A stretch of DNA of 64,000 nucleotides, taken from IMG/VR virus record IMGVR_UViG_3300012005_000004, positions 16,370-80,369 of that record; one strand, 5' to 3'. The notes beneath the pieces are model-generated. The model searched no databases. It saw nothing but the letters and a program-made list of their open reading frames with translations, and was not told the origin of the DNA. Positions 40,378 through 48,708 of the stretch are shown here, one piece after another. Origin of the DNA: a virus. The position numbers and the translations under genes were made by a program. The first letter of the stretch is position 1. Each line of letters starts with the position of its first letter.

Positions 40378-42498
40378 ATGCAACGGATTTATAAGGATAA
40401 TGCCGTGTTGCGAGGCATTATCGAAAACACCATGGATGCGATCATCGTCATTAACGATGATAATAAAGTAGTAGAATGGAACAAGTATGCCACTGATTTA
40501 TTTGGATATACCCAAGATGAAGCTATCGGTAGATCATTATCTTCTCTGATTATACCAGATACGTTCATTCCTCACCATGAGGCATGCGTTAATCGAGCTG
40601 TCCAAAATCAAAAAGATCATTGTTATCTTAGAACTGAGATGGATGCACGCAGAAAAGATGGTTGTAAGCTCAAAATTGAGCTTACAGTTTCTCAGATAAC
40701 TCTAAAAGATCAAAGCGGAATAAAGAATAGTTTGTTTAGCGTAGCAATACGTGATATCACAGTTCAAAAGAATAGTCAAGACCGTGTGATTCGCCAAGCT
40801 TCTCTTTTAGATCTTTCGCGTGATGGTATCTATGTTATTGATAAAGATCAGAGGTTGACTTGGTGGAATAAGGGGGCTGAGCTGCTCTACGGATATTCCA
40901 CTGATGAAGCTATCGGTCATATAGCTTATGAATTGTTACAAACAGATTACCCACTAAGTGGTAGGAATGCCTTTGAAGAGATCTTTCAAACACTTCTACA
41001 TTCTGGTTCTTGGGAAGGGGAGTTGACGCAACTCACAAAAGACGGTAATCGCGTTACAGTTCTCAGCCGTTGGGTACTTGATATCGAATATGATGAAGTG
41101 TTAATAACTAATACCAATATCACAGAGCTAAAACGAAATCAAGAAAAAATCGAATATCTCGCTACGCATGATGATCTCACTGGTTTGCCAAACCGTCGGT
41201 TGCTAGAAGATAGAATAAACCATGCGATAATCCAATGTGAACGAAATGGTGGTCACGTTGGTGTTCTATTCTTAGACCTTGATCGTTTCAAGATCATAAA
41301 TGATTCGCTTGGTCATGACATGGGAGATAAACTACTCAATGAGGTTAGTCAAAGATTAGTCAAATCAGTGAGACGTGAAGATACCGTAGCTCGTCTAGGT
41401 GGAGATGAATTTGTAGTAGTTCTTGAGAATGTATCAAATATTGAAGATATAGCTGAGATCTCTTCCAAGATACTGAATTCTATTCAACAACCTATTTCAT
41501 TGGGAGAAGGTGCTGGGAAGAGCATCTCAATCAACACTAGCATTGGTGGTTCCGTCTACCCAAAAGATGGCCTAGACGTTATCACATTGATGAGGAACGC
41601 TGATTTAGCTATGTATAAGTCTAAAGAATATGAAATGGGGGCATTTCGTTTCTACAGCCCAGAGATGAATGAGTTAGTTCTTCAACGACTGACAAATGAA
41701 AATAATTTAAGAAAAGCATTGAATAATGAAGAATTCATTCTCCATTTTCAACCGAAGATCTGTAGCGCAGAAGGGCGTACCACCGGTGTTGAAGCATTGA
41801 TTCGATGGAACCACCCAGAAAAGGGTTTAATCATGCCATCTGAATTTATTGGATTAGCTGAAGAGATCGGGTTAATCAATAAAATTGGTGAGTGGGCTCT
41901 ATACGCAGCGTGCGAGCAAAATAAAGCATGGCAAAATATGGGATTGCCTCTCATACAGATGTCAGTAAACTTGTCAGTGCACCAGCTCACGCCAAATTTA
42001 GTTAACATCGTATCAAAAGCGTTGAAAATGTCTGGCTTAGATCCAAAGTGGTTAGACCTAGAAGTTACCGAATCTGCTGCGATGAAAGATGTAGACATGA
42101 CGATTGAAACCTTAGGTAAACTTCGAAAGCTTGGTGTGTCAATCTCTATCGATGATTTTGGAACTGGATATTCATCTCTAGAATATCTTAAAAAGATGCC
42201 GTTAGATAACTTGAAGATTGATCAATCATTTGTTAGTGGCATTCCAACAGATTCTAATGACCTTTGTATCGTGGCTGCAATCATTGGTCTGGCTCATAAC
42301 ATGAAGCTACGAGTGATCGCTGAAGGAGTGACATCTAAAGAACAAGTTGCGTTCTTAGACACACACAAATGTGATGAGATGCAGGGTTACCTATTCAGCC
42401 GTCCAGTGACAGCTGAGGACGTAGAGCAAAGGTTGATCGGTCAAGTTTGGAGCTACCCATACCAAGGAAATCATGAACTACGAACGTGCGATGATTGA
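40378..42498 (+). CDS. PAS-PAS-GGDEF-EAL diguanylate cyclase/phosphodiesterase
   Basis: HDDLTGLPNR, RRED I-site, GGDEF, EALIRW, DDFGTGYSS, IAEGV. Confidence 0.96.
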   Translation: MQRIYKDNAVLRGIIENTMDAIIVINDDNKVVEWNKYATDLFGYTQDEAIGRSLSSLIIPDTFIPHHEACVNRAVQNQKDHCYLRTEMDARRKDGCKLKIELTVSQITLKDQSGIKNSLFSVAIRDITVQKNSQDRVIRQASLLDLSRDGIYVIDKDQRLTWWNKGAELLYGYSTDEAIGHIAYELLQTDYPLSGRNAFEEIFQTLLHSGSWEGELTQLTKDGNRVTVLSRWVLDIEYDEVLITNTNITELKRNQEKIEYLATHDDLTGLPNRRLLEDRINHAIIQCERNGGHVGVLFLDLDRFKIINDSLGHDMGDKLLNEVSQRLVKSVRREDTVARLGGDEFVVVLENVSNIEDIAEISSKILNSIQQPISLGEGAGKSISINTSIGGSVYPKDGLDVITLMRNADLAMYKSKEYEMGAFRFYSPEMNELVLQRLTNENNLRKALNNEEFILHFQPKICSAEGRTTGVEALIRWNHPEKGLIMPSEFIGLAEEIGLINKIGEWALYAACEQNKAWQNMGLPLIQMSVNLSVHQLTPNLVNIVSKALKMSGLDPKWLDLEVTESAAMKDVDMTIETLGKLRKLGVSISIDDFGTGYSSLEYLKKMPLDNLKIDQSFVSGIPTDSNDLCIVAAIIGLAHNMKLRVIAEGVTSKEQVAFLDTHKCDEMQGYLFSRPVTAEDVEQRLIGQVWSYPYQGNHELRTCDD

Positions 42499-42602
42499 TA
42501 ATCTTTTAACATTACTTCGAGATAGTCAACGAAGGGCTGGAGATGTAGAGTGGGCTCGGCGACGAGATAAGTTAATCGCCGAGCTGCTTGAAACTAAACG
42601 AT

Positions 42603-43271
42603 CTATTTCTTGCTCTTCAACGAAGCTTGAGGAGAAGTAAGTTTCTTTGGCTTCAGTGAAGCAGCTCCTTTAGGCGGGTGTTGCTTCGCTAATGCGTCTT
42701 CCTCCTTCTGATGCTGTGGCTTTGGTGGAATGAATCTTCCTTCTGCATCAATGTGAGGTGATGAATATTTAAAACGTTCGCCACCTAATGCAGTTGCAAC
42801 AACCAAATTTACCTTAGCGTATTTTCTACCTGCCATCTTATAAACGGTCAATCTGTGGTGACCATCTAGTATGCAAAGGTCTCCACCGTTTCCACCCTTA
42901 GGTAGGTCTATCGAATAAACAACTTCGGGTAAATCTTCATCTTTAACGTTCTTATTCTTGTCAACCAAGCTAAGAAGACGATTTTTTTGGACTGATGATT
43001 GGGCTCGCCCTAGCTCCTTGAGAGGAACAAGAACAACTCTTCTCTTGGTATGTCCTCCTGAGATGATTGACTTAGGGCGCTTAAAGAATGCGCTAAGGTC
43101 GATCTCTTCACCATCTACGCCATCAAACCATTGACGGTGCTCATCAGCTGCAGGGTGGCTCTTGATGGCGATCTTAACTTGCTCGATCTCATCTGATGTC
43201 AGCTTAACGGCGTGCTGTTTGATCGCTTCCTCGGCTCTCCAGCCCTCTGATAGATAGTTCTTGAATGACAT
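42603..43271 (-). CDS. ParB/Srx-like domain late protein
   Basis: ILDGHHRL motif; MSFKNYLSEG N-terminus. Confidence 0.7.
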   Translation of the reverse strand: MSFKNYLSEGWRAEEAIKQHAVKLTSDEIEQVKIAIKSHPAADEHRQWFDGVDGEEIDLSAFFKRPKSIISGGHTKRRVVLVPLKELGRAQSSVQKNRLLSLVDKNKNVKDEDLPEVVYSIDLPKGGNGGDLCILDGHHRLTVYKMAGRKYAKVNLVVATALGGERFKYSSPHIDAEGRFIPPKPQHQKEEDALAKQHPPKGAASLKPKKLTSPQASLKSKK

Positions 43272-43272
43272 G

Positions 43273-44064
43273 TTATGGCTCCGCGAAGTCTTCTAGTCCA
43301 GCTTCGATCAGCTCATTTTGAGCTTCTAAAACTGAGATCTTACCCTTGTTATTTTTAGGACCGACATATTTGTTAATGATCGCCACCGCATCAATTAAAT
43401 CTTGAGAGTTATGATACTTAACCTCATCTTTTTTTAGCAAGGGTGTGTTATAGCGGCCTTTGACCCATGAATCATCTATAGCGACGCTAGTTAATCCTTC
43501 GATCAATAATAGACCTAAGATGTTTGACTTAATCGGATTTCCACCGATCCAAATAGAGCTGTTAATTCGATGGATGTGCTTGTGAATATCCTTGAGAGAA
43601 GTAAACTTATTACCAGAGATCCTGAGCTCTTTACCAAATTCTTTGGGGGCTCCTACAAAATCTGTTAGTAGATTGTTTGAGATGTTCATGCCACCATTTG
43701 GTAGCTTATCTGGAGCACCCTTCCAAGAGCTGATCTTATTGTTTCGAACGTTATAATAGTTTCCTGTAAATTTTGCAGGACCACCCGTCAGATCTTTGAG
43801 CTCTTGATCCATACAGATCAGGTAGCTGTTGAAGCTAAACATCCTCGGAAAATTCTTAAGACTAGTCACATTACCTTCTGCTGAAAATACTCCGTGACAC
43901 AGCGCAAATGGAACCTCGACATGTCCGTCTACTGATAAAGTTACATTAGCGTTTGCGATGATCTCTCCGTCTTGCACCATGCACTTGATCAAGTGATTAT
44001 CGCTGATAAATTTGGTGGCGCCGCGGTCCGCGGCTGATTCGACTAAGATTTGAGAGATTTTCAT
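43273..44064 (-). CDS. paralog family B late protein (LRR-like)
   Basis: Start MKISQILVES after TAAATA; N.LT...GAP repeats; IINKYV...EAQNELIEAGLEDFA tail. Confidence 0.75.
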   Translation of the reverse strand: MKISQILVESAADRGATKFISDNHLIKCMVQDGEIIANANVTLSVDGHVEVPFALCHGVFSAEGNVTSLKNFPRMFSFNSYLICMDQELKDLTGGPAKFTGNYYNVRNNKISSWKGAPDKLPNGGMNISNNLLTDFVGAPKEFGKELRISGNKFTSLKDIHKHIHRINSSIWIGGNPIKSNILGLLLIEGLTSVAIDDSWVKGRYNTPLLKKDEVKYHNSQDLIDAVAIINKYVGPKNNKGKISVLEAQNELIEAGLEDFAEP

Positions 44065-44159
44065 AGCTGTATTTATTTTATCATTAGTTGTCACCAACTA
44101 ATGATGTACTTTTCTAGAGATTTAAGTTATAATTAAATTATGTTTAATTGGAGGACTAG

Positions 44160-44387
44160 ATGCTGAGAGTTATAGGAGACAAGGCTGAGGCTGTTAGCGA
44201 GGCCAGATTGTTGTCAAAAACCATCCCGGGGATCCGCTTGTACGTAACGTCGAGCGGAAGTCTTCTCCTCACAGAGGAAGATCGACCTGAGCTCCGTGAA
44301 ATACCATTTAATGATGTTAGCATTCGTGCGATCCGAGAATATGATGTTGAATACATGGAAGAAGTCCCAGAATCAGAAAGAGTTTAA
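44160..44387 (+). CDS. hypothetical early protein
   Basis: Promoter 44105-44133; GGAGG SD. Confidence 0.65.
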   Translation: MLRVIGDKAEAVSEARLLSKTIPGIRLYVTSSGSLLLTEEDRPELREIPFNDVSIRAIREYDVEYMEEVPESERV

Positions 44388-44390
44388 ATT

Positions 44391-44582
44391 ATGAATATTA
44401 TAAAGTATCCGTACCCACGTGAAAAGATGATAGCTCCATTGATCATCGAGCAACCCAAGACGATCGATGAGATGATCACCGATGCTAAAAAGCTAGTTGC
44501 AGCTCACGGCATGCCTGTTTCCTTTGAGTACCGAGGAGCTACCATTATGGTAAGTAAAGGTCAAGCTTCTCAAAATGAATAA
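44391..44582 (+). CDS. hypothetical protein
   Basis: Operon context. Confidence 0.5.
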   Translation: MNIIKYPYPREKMIAPLIIEQPKTIDEMITDAKKLVAAHGMPVSFEYRGATIMVSKGQASQNE

Positions 44583-44596
44583 ATTTTTGAATTTAA

Positions 44597-44625
44597 TTTA
44601 CAAACTCAAAAAGTTAGTTTATAAT
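44597..44625 (+). promoter_or_regulatory. sigma70-like early promoter for Ro60
   Basis: TTTACA-N17-TATAAT. Confidence 0.8.
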
Positions 44626-44711
44626 TCTCCTTCACGCTTAAGCTAGTGTGTTGAATAGTGGCGCTGATCCATTGAAGGATCACAATTCCCTAACTGAAAG
44701 GTAATAAAAAC

Positions 44712-46148
44712 ATGAAGACCAACGCAAAGGCAGTAAACAACCGTCGCACCGAAGGTGGTGCACGTGCATCGGCGATCACGCCGGAACAAGAGCTGCGCCG
44801 TCAAGTAATGGCACTGATGCTGTGGGAAAATGGCGGACAGACAGAAAAGAATGTCGCATCGCTGATCCCGAAGTGTCGGCCAGAGTTCGTGGCCGCGTGC
44901 GCGTTCGAAGCTCGCACGAAGATGAAGCTGCGCCACGTTCCGCTGTTCATCGCGCGCGAGATGGCTCGGCACCCAGAGCACAAGTCCCTGGTGGGTAAGT
45001 TGCTGCCTGACCTGATCAACCGTGCCGATGAGATCAATGAGTTCATGGCGATCTACTGGAAGAACGGTAAGACCCCGATCTCGGCGCAAGTCAAGAAGGG
45101 TTTGGCCGCAGCTTTCAAGAAGTTCGGTCCGTATGCGCTGGCGAAGTACAATAAGACCGACATGGCCATCAAGATGCGTGATGTGATGTTCTTGACTCAC
45201 GCTAAGCCTGCCGATGCTCCTGGTGACAAGTACACCAAGGAAGTTCGTAAGGCTGAACGTGCTGGACAAAAGGCTCGTCAGCTGACCAAGGGCGAAAAGC
45301 TGTTCTCGGACTTGATCAATGACAAGCTGGAAACTCCTGACACATGGGAAACCAACCTGTCGGCTGGTGCAGACAAGAAGGAAACGTTTGAACGATTGAT
45401 GTCTGAAAACAAGCTGGGTGCATTGGCATTCATTCGTAACCTGCGGAACATGGTTCAGGCTGGTGTGAGCCGGCAGGCTATGAAGGAGTACGGAGCCAAG
45501 GTAAACTTGGAATACGTGCTGCCGTTCCGGTTCTTGTCAGCAGCTCGTCAAGTTCCAGGAATGGAAGACCTGTTGGAGCCGATGATGTTGCGTTGCCTGG
45601 AAGGTCAACCGAAGCTGCCGGGTAAGACCGTGCTGATTCTCGACACTTCTGGTTCGATGCACGCCGGAATCTCGGGCAAGTCTGACCTGACTCGTTTGGA
45701 CACGGCCGCAGCGCTGGCGATCTTGGTTCGTGAAATTTGCGAAGATGTCGTCATCTACTGTACCGCAGGTTCGGATGGAGCACGTCGTCACGCTACCATG
45801 CAGATCCCAGCACGTCGTGGATTTGCGCTGGCGGATTACATCCGTAGCAATGAAGTTCAAGGCAAGATCGGTGGTGGCGGTATCTTCTTGAAGCAGTGCC
45901 TGGACTTCGTGGAAATGAACGAAAAGACGGCAGACCGCGTGATCACGTTGACCGACGAGATCGACTGCGATGACAAGGCGTCTCCGGAGGGAGCTTCGAC
46001 TTTCGGTGAGAACAACTACATCATCAACGTCGCTACGCAGGCTAACGGTATCGCGTACTCGAAGTTCACGCACATCAACGGTTGGAGCGAAGCTGTAATC
46101 GACTTCATCCGCGTGCTTGAAGAAGACCAAGCGGCTGAATTGCAGTAA
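44712..46148 (+). CDS. rsr: Ro60/Rsr TROVE-vWA RNA-binding protein
   Basis: LAKY, L.TPDTWET.LS, ALAFIRNLRN, LPFRFLSA, vWA DTSGSM, GWSE. Confidence 0.93.
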   Translation: MKTNAKAVNNRRTEGGARASAITPEQELRRQVMALMLWENGGQTEKNVASLIPKCRPEFVAACAFEARTKMKLRHVPLFIAREMARHPEHKSLVGKLLPDLINRADEINEFMAIYWKNGKTPISAQVKKGLAAAFKKFGPYALAKYNKTDMAIKMRDVMFLTHAKPADAPGDKYTKEVRKAERAGQKARQLTKGEKLFSDLINDKLETPDTWETNLSAGADKKETFERLMSENKLGALAFIRNLRNMVQAGVSRQAMKEYGAKVNLEYVLPFRFLSAARQVPGMEDLLEPMMLRCLEGQPKLPGKTVLILDTSGSMHAGISGKSDLTRLDTAAALAILVREICEDVVIYCTAGSDGARRHATMQIPARRGFALADYIRSNEVQGKIGGGGIFLKQCLDFVEMNEKTADRVITLTDEIDCDDKASPEGASTFGENNYIINVATQANGIAYSKFTHINGWSEAVIDFIRVLEEDQAAELQ

Positions 46149-46232
46149 TGTTTTACGCATGGCACATGCGTACAAGTCCCCTGGATAAGAGATGGAATGT
46201 GCTAACAGAGGTCGGTTTACCATTCACCTCTT

Positions 46233-46366
46233 GGATGTGTAGCTCAGGTTGGTAGAGCGTCTAGTAGGAAAGCCCGGACGTTGATCCCATGTGGAAGCGC
46301 ATGGAGTAGTCGCGGTGTAGCAAGTACAAATGAAGGTCGCAGGTTCGACGCCTGCCACATCCGCCA
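46233..46366 (+). ncRNA. tRNA-like RNA (134 nt) with anticodon arm replaced by a long hairpin
   Basis: Acceptor GGATGTG/CACATCC+GCCA, D arm GCTC-AGGTTGGTA-GAGC, T arm GCAGG-TTCGACG-CCTGC; about 80 nt between D and T arms. Confidence 0.8.
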
Positions 46367-46368
46367 AA

Positions 46369-46608
46369 ATGAAACGAATTAGCACTTTATTGTTGAATCG
46401 AGTAATTGATAGCGTTCACCATCGAGCTTTTCGAGGGTATCCTACCTATTATGAAGAAATAAAGATCTTAGAGCTCCTAAAGGATGCACGTGAACTTATG
46501 AACAAGCATGATAAAGATAGAAGTAAAGTTGATTTAATCGCTCACGTTGTTCTAATCGGTGTTCTAGCTTTATCCGGTGTTATTGTAACCTACTCACTAT
46601 TTCGCTAA
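46369..46608 (+). CDS. small membrane protein
   Basis: C-terminal TM; ATG just after the tRNA-like CCA. Confidence 0.5.
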   Translation: MKRISTLLLNRVIDSVHHRAFRGYPTYYEEIKILELLKDARELMNKHDKDRSKVDLIAHVVLIGVLALSGVIVTYSLFR

Positions 46609-46844
46609 TGATGACCGATAAAGATATTCAATTCTTGAAAGAGCAGGTAAAGAATGGTGAGAACGTGTGTTATATCGATGATGACGGTAAGCGTCTTTTA
46701 GTATCCTCTGTGAATCTAAACTGGGTAGAATTCCCAGATGAACCAGATCTAAAAGAACCAGCCGCCATGCTAGTTGGTAGCGTTCCTGTAGCTTTATTGA
46801 ACGTTGAGCTGAGTTCTTTCATGAAATTGGTACCTCTAAAATAA
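46608..46844 (+). CDS. hypothetical protein
   Basis: TAATG coupling. Confidence 0.55.
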   Translation: MMTDKDIQFLKEQVKNGENVCYIDDDGKRLLVSSVNLNWVEFPDEPDLKEPAAMLVGSVPVALLNVELSSFMKLVPLK

Positions 46845-46857
46845 TTTCATAAAGTAG

Positions 46858-46886
46858 TTTACTTTTCTAGAAAGACAAGATATAAT
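46858..46886 (+). promoter_or_regulatory. sigma70-like promoter driving small RNAs
   Basis: TTTACT-N17-TATAAT; no ORF immediately downstream. Confidence 0.8.
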
Positions 46887-46900
46887 ACTTCCATAGCATA

Positions 46901-46975
46901 AATTCTTAAGTAAGAGCGATCTTAGTAGAGATACACTGTTAACATTAGCAGTACTAAGGCTCTTACTTAAGAATT
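46901..46975 (+). ncRNA. hairpin small RNA
   Basis: Perfect 17-bp stem 46901-46917/46959-46975 plus inner CTTAGTA/TACTAAG. Confidence 0.6.
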
Positions 46976-47040
46976 CAGGTGGCGTAGATAACGGTTACTT
47001 CACTTCCAAAGAAACCAACCGTTCTCGCTTAGTTCCCCTG
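46976..47040 (+). ncRNA. candidate minimal Y-RNA-like hairpin
   Basis: CAGG/CCTG closing, bulged GCG/CGC, AACGGTT/AACCGTT helix, TTC/GAA cap; near rsr. Confidence 0.5.
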
Positions 47041-47046
47041 TAATAT

Positions 47047-47126
47047 GGTTCCGTAGCTCAATGTTAGAGCGCCTGGTCCCTTTGCGGACAGGAGATAGTG
47101 GAGTTCAAATCTCTCTCGGATCCACC
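47047..47126 (+). tRNA. atypical tRNA-like gene (extended anticodon stem, 6-nt loop CTTTGC)
   Basis: GGTTCCG/CGGATCC acceptor with T-T mismatch, D arm GCTC/GAGC, TTCAAAT loop. Confidence 0.6.
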
Positions 47127-47167
47127 TAAATTTGTAATTTTTGTGAAGTCTTATAAATAAACCTGTT

Positions 47168-47263
47168 ATGAAAAACTTTGTTTCCTTACTGTCGCTTAGT
47201 TATTGGTCATTGTCCTACCTTGGACAAGGCCTTGATGTACCGACTGAAGGATGGGATTTGTAG
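47168..47263 (+). CDS. putative Leu/Ser-rich leader peptide (31 aa)
   Basis: MKNFVSLLSLSYWSLSYLGQGLDVPTEGWDL* directly after TATAAATA; overlaps alternative hairpins. Confidence 0.55.
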   Translation: MKNFVSLLSLSYWSLSYLGQGLDVPTEGWDL

Positions 47264-47291
47264 GAACCCACAAAGATTCAGCAGGTTTATC

Positions 47292-47319
47292 AAGGCTCCG
47301 CAAGGGGCCTTAATTGTTT
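47292..47319 (+). terminator. terminator-like hairpin (attenuator candidate)
   Basis: AAGGCTCC-GCAA-GGGGCCTT then AATTGTTT; weak U-tract. Confidence 0.55.
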
Positions 47320-47422
47320 CTGGAGATAGAAAATGGATTGTGATCATGGATATCTTCTGGGCAATGGTTTGGGTGTTGTGGATAGCGATGATAGCTTCGC
47401 TGATCAGCACTGATTAAAATAT

Positions 47423-47505
47423 CTTCGACTGGCTAATACAAACTGGCACAGTTAGCGTCCTCAAAAGTCGCGCCTCTATCGGTTCGAATCCGATGTCGAA
47501 GACCA
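47423..47505 (+). tRNA. tRNA-Leu(CAA), short variable arm, long D loop
   Basis: CTTCGAC/GTCGAAG+ACCA; loop CTCAAAA; ATCGG-TTCGAAT-CCGAT. Confidence 0.8.
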
Positions 47506-47516
47506 AAGTAGTATAT

Positions 47517-47607
47517 GGATCTCGCAAGTAAGGATGGGTGGTCCCGTCAGCCGGCTGTAACCCGGTTCCTATTAGGCAAGGCGTTCAACTCGACCCGAGA
47601 TCCACCA
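47517..47607 (+). tRNA. atypical tRNA-Tyr(GTA), 8-bp acceptor, 6-bp D stem
   Basis: GGATCTCG/CGAGATCC+ACCA; GATGGG-TGGT-CCCGTC; GCCGG-CTGTAAC-CCGGT. Confidence 0.75.
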
Positions 47608-47611
47608 AAAT

Positions 47612-47696
47612 GTATCAGTAGACCCTTAAGGAGAGGGGACAGTCTGTAAAACTGTTGGCTTTGCCCTGCTAGGATCGTTACCTAGATGATGCACCA
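47612..47696 (+). tRNA. tRNA-Tyr(GTA)
   Basis: ACAGT-CTGTAAA-ACTGT; T loop ATCGTTA; ACCA end. Confidence 0.85.
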
Positions 47697-47720
47697 AGAA
47701 GTATGTTATAATGGGATTAT

Positions 47721-47810
47721 GGAAGATAGCGTCTAAGGTAGACAAACGGCTTTGAACACCGTCGCCAACACCTCAGTAGGGTTGTCAGTTCGATTCTGGT
47801 CTCTTCCGCC
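47721..47810 (+). tRNA. tRNA-Ser(TGA), 8/4 fold
   Basis: GGAAGATA/TCTCTTCC, loop TTTGAAC, long V arm, TCAG-TTCGATT-CTGG. Confidence 0.8.
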
Positions 47811-47861
47811 TGTGAACCTTTTTACCACTTTGTATAAATACATGTTTCGAAAGAGACATGT

Positions 47862-48542
47862 ATGCAAAGACAAGCTTCACGTAGAAAGTATCATTACATT
47901 TACAAGACCATTTGTTTAGTGAGTAACCGATACTACATCGGAATGCATTCTACCGATGATCTTGATGATGGATATGTAGGTTCTGGGAAACGATTATGGC
48001 ATTCAATCCGTAAACATGGGTTAGAAAAACATAAATGTGAAATTTTAGAATTTTTAGATTCAAGAGAAAAACTTAAGATTCGTGAACGAGAGATCGTTAA
48101 TGAAGATTTCCTTAAAGATCCTCAATGCATGAATCTGACGTTGGGTGGTGGGTGTGGATGGGATTATACAAATTCAGTATTAACCGACGAACAAAGAACT
48201 AAAGCTGGAAAAGCTGGTGGATATGCTAATAGAACATTTGAGCAACGATCAGCTGCTGGTAAAATAGGTGGTAAGATTGGAGGAGTACTAACCTGGTTAA
48301 AGAATAGAGAACAAGCTGAAGCATATAGGAAAATAGCTATTAAAATCGCTACATTACCAGAAAACATAGAAAAAAGAAAAATCACCTTTATGAAAATGAA
48401 TCATCAAAAAGGAGAAAAGAATTCTCAATTTGGTACAAAATGGATTCATAATGATGATTTGAAACTTAGTAAAAAGTGCAATAAGAATGATCTATTAGAT
48501 CATTTAGAAAATGGTTGGAAGCTTGGAAGAAAGATAAAATAG
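47862..48542 (+). CDS. GIY-YIG homing endonuclease (Seg-like) in tRNA cluster
   Basis: YIYKTI...YYIGMH, YVGSG, N-L..GG, GEKNSQFGT; AT-rich; TATAAATA upstream. Confidence 0.85.
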   Translation: MQRQASRRKYHYIYKTICLVSNRYYIGMHSTDDLDDGYVGSGKRLWHSIRKHGLEKHKCEILEFLDSREKLKIREREIVNEDFLKDPQCMNLTLGGGCGWDYTNSVLTDEQRTKAGKAGGYANRTFEQRSAAGKIGGKIGGVLTWLKNREQAEAYRKIAIKIATLPENIEKRKITFMKMNHQKGEKNSQFGTKWIHNDDLKLSKKCNKNDLLDHLENGWKLGRKIK

Positions 48543-48613
48543 GTCACTGATGTAGTGATAGCATGACAGTCTCCAAAACTGTTTGTCAGAGTTTGATTCT
48601 CTGGTGGCCTGCC
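48541..48613 (+). tRNA. tRNA-Trp(CCA)
   Basis: AGGTCAC/GTGGCCT; ACAGT-CTCCAAA-ACTGT. Confidence 0.85.
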
Positions 48614-48619
48614 GTTATT

Positions 48620-48708
48620 GGAAGTGTATTGTGCCAGGTGGCACAGATGGTTTGCTAAACCATTGGGCTCAGTTAATGGGCCGGGTTCGAGTCCCTGCGC
48701 TTCCGCCA
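48620..48708 (+). tRNA. tRNA-Ser(GCT), 9/3 fold
   Basis: GGAAGTGTA/TGCGCTTCC, D TGTGCC-AGGT-GGCACA, ATGGT-TTGCTAA-ACCAT, GGG-TTCGAGT-CCC, GCCA. Confidence 0.85.

Noticed and set aside
44643-46223. Long minus-strand ORFs (208 and 228 aa) opposite rsr
   Set aside because: Antisense shadow frames from codon bias; no recognisable motifs.
46261-46335. Intron in the tRNA-like gene
   Set aside because: Too short for group I, and removing it leaves no pairable anticodon stem (TCTAG versus AATGA).
47178-47417. 79-aa ORF from the track
   Set aside because: TTG start without SD, crossing the leader peptide and hairpins; at most the last 23 codons from ATG 47346 could be a small membrane peptide.
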